Source of the DNA: Neocallimastix sp. 'constans'
Taxonomy: Eukaryota
Length of the DNA: 64,000 nucleotides
NCBI GenBank assembly: GCA_050613775.1
Contig: JBODTK010000013.1
Span: 744,001-808,000, forward strand
Reading direction: 5' to 3'
Below the pieces are notes generated by a model. That model searched no databases, had not been told where the DNA came from, and worked only from the letters and a program-made list of their open reading frames with translations. Both the position numbers and the translations under genes were made by a program. This document shows positions 45,326 through 58,201 of this stretch, piece after piece. Position 1 is the first letter of the stretch; each line of letters opens with the position of its first letter.

Positions 45326-45794
45326 ATGTTGTTAAGAGTCTGGAGTTTTATGTTTTTAATTATATCAACTTTATTAATATTATTAGGATGGAGATTGAGT
45401 ACTTAAGGCACAAAGTACTTCAAGAACCAATGTACAATAATATATACTTTACATTATATTCATATATATTCATAAATATAAATATGGCTTAGACTAAACG
45501 TCATATTAATGTAACATGAAATGTAATATATATAATATATATAAATGTGTATCATTTTACAAATGTGCATTTCGCAAAATGAGGCTTAATATTTTAAAAA
45601 ATGAACATATAAATAAATAAAATAAATAAATAAACAAAAAATATTAAATAATTATTTAATATAATATTTTTAATAAATAAAAAAAAAAAAAAAATAAAAT
45701 GTTAAAAATGTTTTATTATTACTCTATTAAATTTTATTTTAAGTTCTATCAATTTTAGTTTTATTTTATTATTAAAATTTTTATAAAATAAAAA

Positions 45795-45965
45795 AACTAT
45801 ATAATATTGATGTTGATATTAATAATAAAAAAGCTATATAATATTGGTATTGATATTAATAATAAAAAAACTATATAATATTGATATTGATATTAATAAT
45901 AAAAAAAACGATATAATATTAATACTAATATTAATAATGAAAATAACTATATAAAATATTAATAT
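45795..45965. repeat. Minisatellite, ~37-bp unit AAACTATATAATATTGATATTGATATTAATAATAAAA, 4-5 copies
   Basis: Directly visible degenerate tandem repeat downstream of the MULE transposase remnant. Confidence 0.75.
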
Positions 45966-46149
45966 TCTTTATTAATAATAAAAAAAAAAAAAAAAAAAAA
46001 AAAAAAACTATTATCAAATGGAACAGTTTTAATTATAATTAAATTTATAAAAAAAAAACTGAAAAATAATATCTTTTAAAATTATAATCTTATTTAAAAA
46101 AAGCTAGAAAAATACCAATTTTATAAAAAATTAGTATATTATATTATTT

Positions 46150-47230
46150 TAATGAATTAAACAATCATACATATATCCAGTTATTTGCATTATATTTATT
46201 TAAATAGTTGATTTTAAAATATTCTAAAAAATCTAAAAAATTATTATATTCATTTTTTTTTTTACATGCATTTTTTATTTTTGAGTAAATGCGTGGTATT
46301 TAAATAGGGTTTATAAATGGAAAATTTCTAAATAGCTTTATAATAAGTATATAAATTATTATTATTATTACCAATTTCATTAGAACATAATCTTTTTTTT
46401 TTTTTTTTTTTTTTTTTTGGATTTCTAATGATCTTTTAAAGTGCCAAACGCAATATTTGATGTTTATATAAGGAAAAAAAATTTTTTTTTTTTTGCTGCA
46501 TTTGATATGCCTTTTTCAAAGTCACAATAAAAATTAGTTGGGGAAATAACAATACTGTTATTAAATTTACTTGATTTTTTTTTTTTTTTTAAAAAATATT
46601 TCGTAAGTGAATTGTTTTTTATCTTTAAATATTGAAATGGAAGTAGTATAAAAACTATTTATTTATTTTTTCAACATATGTTCTAGTAATGAACACTTGA
46701 TAACTAAATTTTGGCGCAATATAAAATGTACCATTTGCAAATATATCTTCATCATATTGTGTTGTGTGAATAGTTTTGCTTGGAATAGGGATTGAAAAAT
46801 TATTAAATTAGGATTTTTGAATACCATAAAATTATCACCATTTTCTGTTTTATAATATTCTGATTCTTCTGAAATTTCTTCAAAAGTCGTTATATCAGGA
46901 GGTAATTGCTTATTTTGATTTCTTATTATATGGGTTCTAACGGAGTTAAATTCAGGACATATTAAATCCCATGTCCTGAGAAATTTCCTAAAATATACGC
47001 TTTGGTCTATTATCCAAAGAAAAAGTTTTTTTTTTTTTCTTATTGTTTCTTTAATTTTATGTTTTACTATTGATTTAGATGCTTGGTATTCTTTTTCAAG
47101 ATAATTATATGAACTTTCATATTCTAAAATCTCCATCTTATCATTCAAAATAATAAAAGATTTACATTTATTTGTAGTTCTATATTCAGTGCATCTATAT
47201 ACCTTTGAATTATCTTTTTTTTTTTTTTTT
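46150..47230 (-). mobile_element. Degenerate Mutator-like (MULE) DDE transposase pseudogene
   Basis: FLYWCH/WRKY-like YRCTEYRTTNKCKS; after frameshifts IFADGTFYIAPKFSYQVFITRTY, PTNFYCDFEKGISNAA, IKYCVWHFKRSL (CxxH motif) and FLEYFKINYL. Broken by frameshifts, stops and expanded A-runs. Confidence 0.9.
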
Positions 47231-47404
47231 TTTTTTTCATTTGAAAAATTCCTCCTCAAACCTTAATTATATCAAAAAATATAATTTGGTTAGCAAGTGT
47301 ACGTGTAAATTAAACAATTCTTCTAATACTAAATTTTTTTTCTAATATTTTTCCCAATATCTATAAATTATAAATTTTTTACTTTTCTTTTCTAAATTAA
47401 TTTT

Positions 47405-47520
47405 CAAGTTTTACATGAAGTTAAAATATTTTCTCAATTTTTACATGAAAATGAAATTATTTTCGAATTTACATGAAATATAATAACTTTACAATTTTAC
47501 ATAAATAAAATAATTTTCTA
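47405..47520. repeat. Four spaced TTTACAT(G/A)AA motifs upstream of the MULE transposase (possible subterminal repeats)
   Basis: TTTTACATGAAG, TTTTACATGAAA, TTTACATGAAA and TTTTACATAAAT at roughly 28-31 bp spacing. Confidence 0.55.
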
Positions 47521-48344
47521 ATATAATATTAATTATTTAGTAGTTAAAATAATTTTCTTAAATATAATATTAATTTAATGATTTTTCCCCTATCAAACTA
47601 AGTATTTAGTATTAATACGCAGTTAATAAGTATTAGATGAATCTATGTCATCTATTATATAAAATAATTATATGATTTAAATATACCATATAAATATGGT
47701 GGAAACTTTTCTCTTGATATACCATCTAAAATATGTGAATACCTCTTATATATTGGGATTTACATCACTTTCAATTATAATCGGCTTTATAGATTAGAGC
47801 TAACTTTTATATATATATTCTCGCTTTGAAGCTTCAGCGATAGCTATTAAATATTGCTTTATAGATTAGCATTAACTATTAAAATATCATTTTGTAAATA
47901 AACATTAACTATTATATAAATTTGGAGTTTTAATAAATTTTTTGTTTTGGGGTGTTAAGATTGAATTAATTTAATATTTAATTATATTATTTTATATTTA
48001 AAATCATAATAATGAATTATTAAATTATTTTATATTTCATTAAAAATTTTTCTAATTTTCATCTTTATATTATAGTTCTATACTAGATTTCTTTCATTTC
48101 AAGATAATTAATTTTTTTTTTTCAAAATAATTAATTTAGTTAGATTTTGCTTTAAATTAACGTTTATTTTCCTATTTTCATTCCTATTTCCTATTTATTA
48201 TACTATATTCTCCCCTAAAGTCAAAATGTTATAAAGTATTTAAATACTTTGGTTTTCCTTCCAATATGTATCTATAAATATATAATATTTCTTATTCTAT
48301 TTCTTATTCTATTATTATCCAGTTCCCTCCTCAAATCTAAATAT

Positions 48345-48758
48345 TTAAAAATAAATATATATGTGTAATATGAATTCTGATGTATTAGTTTTCTTAGTTG
48401 AAGTAGTTTTTTGTAGTTCTTGATTAGGTTGTTCATCATCCCATATATAGTCAGTAGTTTTGTTATCATCTAATATTTCATCATATAAATTGCTATCTGA
48501 ATCATAATAATTATCAGTAATGTTAAAGTTATATTTCAATTTATTACAATCGTTATCGATACTAGAAATAGATATTATATTTGGATTATTTGAATGTTGA
48601 AAATTATTTTTATTTGAATATTTATGTTCATAATAAGAATAGTCTTTACCTACTGAATATCCATTTCTAATATGCTCACTAAAGTTATCTATTAAACATT
48701 TAGTATTATCCATAATTGTACCTAATGGAATTATTAATTTATCAAATAAATAATTCAT
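48345..48758 (-). CDS. Hypothetical 137-aa ORF, possibly a pseudo-exon or transposon cargo
   Basis: Protein-like composition (MNYLFDKLIIPLGTIMDNTKCLIDNFSEHIRNGYSVGKDY...) in otherwise non-coding DNA; no recognised motif. Confidence 0.35.
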   Translation of the reverse strand: MNYLFDKLIIPLGTIMDNTKCLIDNFSEHIRNGYSVGKDYSYYEHKYSNKNNFQHSNNPNIISISSIDNDCNKLKYNFNITDNYYDSDSNLYDEILDDNKTTDYIWDDEQPNQELQKTTSTKKTNTSEFILHIYIYF

Positions 48759-48984
48759 AAATATTTTATAAATGCTGTCATTTAATTATCTCAATTTTAT
48801 TAATATATTTTATGATAAAGAGTTTCTTTATTCTAAATTAAAAACTTTTATTTTATAATACTATGGCTTATACACTATTTATATTACAATATGTTTCAAT
48901 ACATTTTAATCTTATATTTTATTTTTCATACTTTTCATATATTCTAACAATAATTATATATAATGAATTTATGTATAGTAATAA

Positions 48985-49788
48985 TAATACAAAAACACTG
49001 TATTACAATTAATTATTTTAAAAATAATGTATTTCTAATAATTATATAAAAAGATTGCACTTAAAATAATAACATTAATATTAATATTAAAAAAATATAT
49101 GTTAAATAATAATATAAAAAGGTTGCATAATTAATAAGTGAATGTTTAATAGTAATAATATAAAAATAGAGCAAATAATAATAATATAGAAAAATTACAT
49201 TTAAAATACCAATAATATAAAAATAATTTTTTTTTTTTTTTTTAAAAAAATTATAATAATATATTATAATAATAATATAAAAAGATTATATTTCTAATAA
49301 TTATATAAAAAGATGTATGTATAATACTAGTATAAAATAATAATAATAATAGTAGTATATAAATGTTGTTTAAATTATAATAATAATATAAAAATTTTTT
49401 TTATTGTCAGTAATAATATACTAATAATATAAAAAGATATATTTTTAATTGCATTTTTACTCATAATACAAAAGGATCGTATTTAATAATAATTATAATA
49501 ATAATAATAATAATAATAACATTAAACAAAAAATACATAAAAAAGATTGAATATATAATAGATATAAAAAGATTTAATATAGAAAAATAATAATATAAAA
49601 AAATTGTATTTAATATTAATAATAATATTAAACAAAATTACATATAAAAAGATTAAATATATAATAATTATGAAAAGAATTAATAATATAAAAATATTGT
49701 GTTTTTAGTAATAATAATAAAATAAATAATAATAATAATGATATAAAAAGATTGTATGCATATAATAATAATATAGAAAGATTACATG

Positions 49789-49856
<68 letters not shown>

Positions 49857-49885
49857 GAAGAAGAAGAAGAATAAAAGATTGAATA
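48985..49885 (-). repeat. Array of degenerate TATAAAAAGATTGTATTT units including an (AAT)n tract (right arm, reverse complement of the 44570-45325 array)
   Basis: Motif copies at about 49044, 49112, 49274, 49301, 49425, 49467, 49535, 49562, 49594, 49642, 49741, 49772 and 49871. Confidence 0.7.
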
Positions 49886-50284
49886 TATTGGGAGTGGAAC
49901 ATTTCGCCAAATTTTTATGTAAGCTTGTAGCGTATTAAAAATGTTTCATTTTTGTCAAATTGAAAATTATTAAATGAATAAAATAAATAAAAATAAATAA
50001 ATTATGAATATTAAAATATTTTTATTATTTACAAAAATATTAAAATATATCTTTTTAATTAAATTTTTTAATTAAATATATTTTTATTTTATAATTAAAT
50101 ATATATTTTAATAATTAAACATTACAAATAATTACTTTATTACAAATAATTATTTTATTACTATTTTACAAAATATTAAAATATATCTTTATTTAAATAT
50201 TATTAATGAAATATAAATATATTGAAAAAAGATTCATTATATAAAAGCTAGTACTGTTAAAAATATAGGTTTAATAGTGAGATG

Positions 50285-50319
<35 letters not shown>

Positions 50320-50432
50320 GTATAATGTGATACTATCATTATATAGAATTATATTTCAATTAGATTATTTGAAAATTTTTAATTTTTATTTATTTATTTT
50401 TTTTATTTATATCTAAACGAAAATTTACCTTT

Positions 50433-50700
50433 CAATAAAATTTTTCATATAGTAAAAAATAATAATAATAATAATAATAATAATAATTAGAAGATAGAAA
50501 AAGAACATTACTCGGAATAAAAGAAAATGATAATAAAATAAAAATAAAAATAAATAATAATAAGAATTCTTCAATAAAATTTTTTATAGAGTAAAAAAAA
50601 AATAATAATTAGGAGAGAGAAAAGGAACATTACTAGGAATAAAAGTAAATGATGATAAAATAAAAATAAAAATAAAAATAAAAATAAATAATAAGAATGT
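50433..50700. repeat. Imperfect tandem duplication of a ~125-140 bp unit
   Basis: TTAGAAGATAGAAAAGAACATTACTCGGAATAAAAGAAAATGATAAT recurs as TTAGGAGAGAGAAAAGGAACATTACTAGGAATAAAAGTAAATGATGAT. Confidence 0.75.
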
Positions 50701-53013
50701 TTTTACTAATTTTATATTAGTAATATTTATATAAATATATATTATTCATTCATTTAATTTTATTAAAATATTTTCTTATTTAATGATAAATTTTATCTTA
50801 TTTTTTTTATAACAAAAGTATAAATCTATACATATAATTATAAAATTAAAGATATGATTATATTATATTTTGCTTATGTTATCTATATAACTTTTATTAT
50901 AAGACTTTTTATTTTCTATTTTTATTATTTCAATTTGCTTTTAATGATTTAACCTAATCATTAACAATTATCTAAAATATAATAAATAAAATATAATAAA
51001 TAAAATATAATAAATAAAATATAATATATAAAATATAATATATGAAATATAATATATAAAATATAATAATAATTATTATTTTTTTAAAAATTAATCCACT
51101 TTTTATTCTTTAATTGTTTTTAATTTTTTTTTTTATTATTCAAAATTTTTAATTTCTAATTTTTTTGTACTTTAAAAAAAGTTTCTTTCCTTTTTTTATT
51201 TTTTATTTTATTTATTTTATATTTTATTTATTTTTTTTTTTTATTTTTTTTTTTTTTGAATATAATGTTAGAACTAATTAAGTTTTATTAACATAATAAA
51301 ATCTATGAATTAAATAGATTAGAAATCGATTTACCACTAAATTAGATTAAATTTAATTTAATTTACTTCATTTCATTTAATTCAATAAAAAAAAAGAAAA
51401 AATCAAAAAATTAAAAAAAAAAATAAAATAAATTTATGAAACATATTTTAATTAAACATTTTCTTGTCATTCTAATTTGACATATATGGTAAATTTTTTT
51501 TTTTTTTTTTTTTTTTTTGAATTAATGTTCCATTTCTTAGTTTATTAATTAATTAATAAGTAAATGAATAAATAAATAAATAGATAAATAAATAAATAAA
51601 TAACGAATGAATGAATGAAGGTAGATAAAAATAAAAACCTTTAATAATAATTTTATTTATTTACTTTATCCTAAATTTTTGTTATATTATAAAATAATCA
51701 AATACAAATAAAGTATAAAAAGTATAAAAAATATAAAAAAAAAAAAAAGTAAAAGAAATAATCTCCCTCAACATCCTTCCATTTCTAAAATTATATTATA
51801 ATTTAATTAAAAAAGAATAATAAATACAAAAATTAGATAACTTTCTTTATTAAGAACCTTTTAAGTAATAAATAAAAAAATAATAAATAATAAATAATAA
51901 ATAATAAATAATAAATAATAAATAATAAATAAAAAATAAAAAATAATAAATAATAAATAATAAATAATAAATAATAAATAATGAATAATAAATAATAAAT
52001 AATAAATAATAAATAATTAATAATAAATAATAAATAATAAATAATAAATAATAAATAATAAATAATAAATAATAAATAATAAATAATAAATAATAAATAA
52101 TGAAATAATAAATAATAAATAATAAATAATAAATAATTAATAATAAATAATAAATAATAAATAATAAATAATAAATAAATAAATAATTAATAATAAATAA
52201 TAAACAAATAATTTTTTTTATTAAATAATGTATTTAATTTTATATTTATAGAATTTTAAATACAAAACTTTTTTAATATCATAATTTAGTGTGATTAATT
52301 ACAAAATACCTATATTACATTATACTATATCATATAATATTATGTAATAAGAATAATATAATGTAATATAATATAATATAGCATGATATTCCAGTCAAAC
52401 TTGAATGAAATTAAATTTTTATAAACTTTTTTGTAATTTGATATGATTTTTTGTACTTAAAACAATCTATTAATATTTTTTAAAAAAAATTTTTTTTCTA
52501 TATTTTTTTCTTTTAAAAACATTTGTTTTATGTACTTTTGTGGTATATCATACATTTATATGTTATTTTGAAGTATCATGTTTATTATTTCATAAAATAA
52601 TTGTATCTATGGGATAAAAGTTTTTTTTTTTTTTTTTTTTTAAATAAAAACTAGTCTTTTGTTTTTATGAAATTATAATATAATAATAGTCATTAAAATA
52701 ATTTATTGAAATAGATAAATAAATAAATAATTTGATTTAAATCTATATTTTATTTTATTTTCTATCATTTAAAAAACTATTTTCTAAATAAATAAGATTC
52801 GTATATAAAATAATAAATGATATTTATGCAATTTTTTTTTTTTTTTACTAATTTTATTATATTATTTTATTCCAATTTTTTTATTCGGTTATTATAAGAA
52901 TTTTCCTTAAAAAGATGTTGATAATACTTAATTAATTATATTAATTATTTAATTAATTGATTATAAAAGTTTAAAAATTAATATTTTATTTATAAAATTT
53001 TGACCAAAAAAAA

Positions 53014-53050
<37 letters not shown>

Positions 53051-54170
53051 TTCTTTTTCTTCTTTATAGAAAAATAATTAAATTTGAAATATTTATTATA
53101 AATAATATTTTATGTATTATTTAGACGCACTTTTTCTACATTTATAAAGAGCATTTCAAGAATGATATTTACAGATCTGTAGAAGCATTTAATTAAAAAG
53201 GAAATATAAGTTTGAATAATCATCCAGTAAAAAAAAAAAAAAAAAGGAATAATATATAATAATATAATTATTTAGGGTGTTAATCTTTTTTTTTTTTTTT
53301 GTACTTTTTATTTTTTATTTTTATTTTTTTCTTATTTATTTATTCTATTTTTTTTTAATTAGATTAAATAAAATAAAAGATTAGATAAACCTTTTTTCTT
53401 TCACTTTTATATTTATTCTATCCTTTTTTCCCTAGATTATATATAAAAAAAAAAAAATAGAGATAAACTTTTTCTTTTTCTTTTTTATTATTTATTTGAA
53501 TTCTTTGATTGGAATAAATTAAAATTTTTAAGTTTTATGAAAGTAATATATGTAATTTATGCATGTTAATATCATTGGATTAAATATCATCATGTATCAT
53601 AAATCTATTCAACTTTAAATAATATAAATAATAAACAAAGCAAAAAACAAAATCAATGTGAAAAAAGAAAGAAAAAGTTTTTTTTTTTTTTTTTTTTTAG
53701 GGTAAAATAAAAATTCAATAAATATTTGGCATGTATCTCCTGAAAGATGATGATTTCTGTAGGAATTAATTATTTAATTATTTTATTATTTAATTATTTA
53801 TTATTCAATTATTCAATTATTTAATATTTAATATTTAATATTTAATATTTAATATTTAATATTTATTTATTTATTTTTCTTTATTCTTTTATTACAGGTT
53901 CTTTGTGTCGTAATATTTAATTATAATATTCTTGTTTCAATACTTTTGAATATAAGTATAGAAATTATTTTATGAAATATGGTTATGTTATTTTTATAAT
54001 ACATTATTATTGTTAATGGTGATATATTTATATTATTACAAATTTACTAATGCTGTTATAATTGATTCATCCTATATTGAATAAAGATTTTGTTATATAA
54101 AATTTATTAATAGTAAATATATAATTAATATTTTAATAAAAAGGTCACTTTTTATTTTATATTTTCAAAA

Positions 54171-54212
<42 letters not shown>

Positions 54213-55807
54213 TTAAATATTTAATTTGAAATATTTCTATTTTAAGTACATTATAAATTTAATCCATTTTTTCTATAATAAATAATAAATAAATAATTAT
54301 AATAATATAAAGGTTATAATAATTAGTATTAAAGAAACAGATTGTTTATTTATTTATAAAAGGTGAAAACAAAATAATAATAATAAAAAAAAGAATAACT
54401 AAAATAGAAGAAAACCTTTTTAAAGAAAGAAAAAAGTATCTCTAAATTATATCGAATATTTACATTTTAAAGTTTTACTATTTAATTTTTAATTAATTTA
54501 GGAATAAAATGATTTTCTAAACATTTTTTCCTTTATTTGTAATTTTAATTTTCTTTTCCTTTATTTATTAAAGTTTTTTTTTTTATTTTTTTATTTTTTT
54601 ATATTATTTTTATTTATTTATTTATTAGATAAATTATTTATATATTTAATTATTTATTTGATTATTTATTTAATTTTTAATTAATAATTTTTTAATTAAT
54701 TTTTAATAATTTTAATTTTTTAATTTTTTTTTTGTTTTTTTGCTTTTATCTTCTAACAAAAATTAATTAAATTAATTATCGAACATTAATTATTATAAAA
54801 TGTATTTAATTTGATAAAAATAGACACAAAATAAATCAAAACATGTACATAATAAAATACTAATAAAAAAAAAACTAAATAATTAGATATTTATTTTATA
54901 ATTAATAAATAATTAATAATTATTCATTATTATATTTTATATTTTATATTTTATATTATTTTATTACTTTATAAATATATTTTTAGATATAAAGTTTAAA
55001 AATTTTTAGTATATATCATATATTATTGATTTATTTTCAAAACATCAAAATGGATGATGTTCAGTTTAAAATTACATTTATATCAAACATAAAATATAAA
55101 TATTATCAATTTATAGGTTATTAATTTTTGCTTTTTAAGTTATATATATGTATCTTGTTTTACAAATATAATTATATTCCATATATTTTTATAAAGATTT
55201 CTATATATTATATATTTCTATATGTTATATATTCTTTTAATAAAAGTTTATTTAATGTACTAAAAAAGTATATTAGATATACATTTTAACTTTTTTTTTT
55301 TTTTACTTATTTATATTTATGTTATTTTATTATTATTTAAGGTTTAAAAAATAAAATGAAATTTCTTTATATGTTATTTCTTTAATATATATGTATTATA
55401 TATTATTTAATAAACATTAACATATTTTCTTATTTCATATTTTTTTTTTAAAAAAAATTTAAATTATTATATATATTATATTATATTATATATTAATAAA
55501 TATATATATAATTAATTAAAAATGATAATCTTAAAAAATAGAAACTAAAATATATATTAAATGTTTATAAAAAATAGAATAATGATTTACCAGTTTTTTT
55601 TTATTTATTTATTATATTTATATGAAAACTTTATTTTTTCAAAAAGATATAAATATAATCGTTTTTTTCTTTTCGTTTTTTTAACCCACCAACAAATTTA
55701 TTAATAAAAAACTTGTATTTTTTATTATTTTTTGTATAATAAATCTTTGTTTATAATTTAATACTTTGTAAATTAATAACATTTAATTTAATTATTATTA
55801 AATCAAA

Positions 55808-57208
55808 ATGTCTTTAGAAAACGTTAGTTGTGTCTTAAACCACTTCCCAGGTGAAGGTATGGTTAAACTTGATGACATGAAAATTGTTAAGAGCGTCGTT
55901 CCAGAATTAGGTGAAAACGATGTTTTACTTAAGAACCTTTGCTGTTCTGTTGATCCATTCATGCGTGGTCGTATGAGAAAGGGTGTTAAATCCTACGTTG
56001 CTTCCTTCGAAGAAGGTAAGCCAATGCCAGTCTTCTCTGTTACTCAAGTTGCTAAGATTGGTTCTGCTGTTACTGACATTAATGTTGGTGACAAGTACAT
56101 GTGCTTCAACGGTATTGAAAAGTACACCGTTCTTCCACAACAAGTTATTAAGGGTGAAGGTGAAAAGAATCTTGGTAGTTTCAACAAGATTGATCCAAAC
56201 AACCCACTCAAGGACTCTTTCTACCTTGGTTTATTCGGTAAATATAGTTTATAATAAAATAAATAATAATAAAAATAAAATTGAATAATAGAAATAAATA
56301 AGTAAACAAAATAGTAATTAAAAAAAAATAAATAATAAAATAACTAAATAAATTAATAATATAAATTAATAAAATAAATTAATAAAATAAATTAATAAAT
56401 AAAATAGTAATAGGAAAAGTAAATAAAAGAAAAATAAATAAATAAATAAAAATAAATAATAGAAATATAATATATAATAGAATAATAAATCATTAAAAAT
56501 AATTTAAAAATTAGAAAAATATAAAATATTTATATTAACTATATGCATTTTTTTTTTATGAAATATTTAATGTAAACAGGTATGCCAGGTATGACTGCTT
56601 GGGCTTTCTTCAACAAGGCCGGTAAGCCAAAAGAAGGTGAAACTATCTTCGTTACTGCTGCCGCTGGTGCTGTTGGTCAAGTTGTTTGCCAACTTGCTAA
56701 GCTTAAGGGTTTAAGAGTTGTTGCTTGTGCTTCCTCTCCAGAAAAGATTGGTTTCTTAAAGCAAGCCATTAAGGTCGATGAAGCTTTCAGTTACCGTGAC
56801 TTCCCAGACAAGGAATCCTTCACTGCTCAATTACGTAAGGTTTGTCCAAACGGTATCGATATCTACTACGATAACGTTGGTGGATACATTCTTGATTCTG
56901 CTCTTGAACTTATGAACATTCACGGTAGAGTTATTATGTGTGGTATGATCTCTCAATACAACCTTACCGAAAAGTACAAGTACACTCTTAGAGATATTAC
57001 TTCCAGAAGACTTACTCTTCAAGGTTGTTTATTCAACGATTACTTCCCACAATGCATGGGTGAATTCATGCAAGATATGATTCCAAAGTTACAACAAGGT
57101 AAGCTCATCTACAAGGAACACATTTACAAGGGTGTTGAAAAGACCCCAGAAGCTTTCCTTGGTTTATTCAACAGTGAAAACTTTGGTAAGGTTGTTATTG
57201 AACCATAA
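55808..57208 (+). CDS. NADP-dependent alkenal/enone oxidoreductase (MDR superfamily, PTGR1/YncB-like), 2 exons 55808-56237 and 56580-57208
   Basis: SVDPFMRGRM, YLGLFG|GMPGMTAW junction, TIFVTAAAGAVGQVVCQLAKLKG, GIDIYYDNVGG, CGMISQYN, AFLGLFNSENFGKVVI. Confidence 0.95.
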
Positions 57209-57472
57209 ATGAATTAAAAATAAAAACTTTTTTTTTTCATTTATAAAAAGTTTTGCAATTTCGTCATTAAAAAATTAAACATTTTATTATGACGTTATTT
57301 CATTTAAATTTATTTTTATTAAATAATATAATAAAAATTAAAATTATATGTATGGTTTCTATGGTAAATCATATATAAATTATTGTAAATTAAAAATAAT
57401 TAATTTTTTTTCTAGTTTTCATAAATTTAAGAGGACTAAAAAAAAAAAAAGATAAATAATTTATCCTTATTT

Positions 57473-57506
<34 letters not shown>

Positions 57507-58201
57507 AAGCAAAAACAAAGATGTTGAACAACAATTTTAGAAAAAAAAATTAAGAAAACTATCTCAAATTTATATATTTATATATAAACAAATATTAAAA
57601 CAATAAAATAACAATTAAAAATATATAAACATTAGAATAAATAATAGAATTTAAAAAAAAATTAAAATAGAAACCTTATATAAAAAAGAACATTTAAGAA
57701 TATATATATAAAAAATTAAATAAAAATAAAATTATAAATAAAGTAAAAAAAAAAAAAAGAATTGAAATAAAAAGTGTTGTAAAAAGTTGTGGTATATAAT
57801 AATAATAACAACAACAACAACAATAATAATAATAATAATAATAGAATAAGGGGAATGTGTGTAATGATAAATCTTTAATTTTTTATTATTATATTATTAT
57901 TATTATTATTATTATAGTTATTGTTATTTTTGTTACTATTTTTTTGATTTACTCATTTAAAAGGTCAATTAACCTTGGTAACTAGTTTATTCTTCTAATT
58001 AATGGTTCACTTAACTTTAACATAATTTTGTAACTATTTCATTTATTATTATGTTCAATTGGACAAATAATTTTTTTATTTATTTATTAATTCTGTGTTT
58101 TTTCATTTTTTATTAAAATTAAAAGTATTCATGGATTTTATATAAGAATAAATAAATAAAGTTTAAAATTCGCAATAATTGCGGCTATATATATAAAAAA
58201 A

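Noticed and set aside
58171..58183. CGCAATAATTGCG palindrome just upstream of the LINE
   Set aside because: A single short hairpin outside the putative TSD, with no second copy seen.
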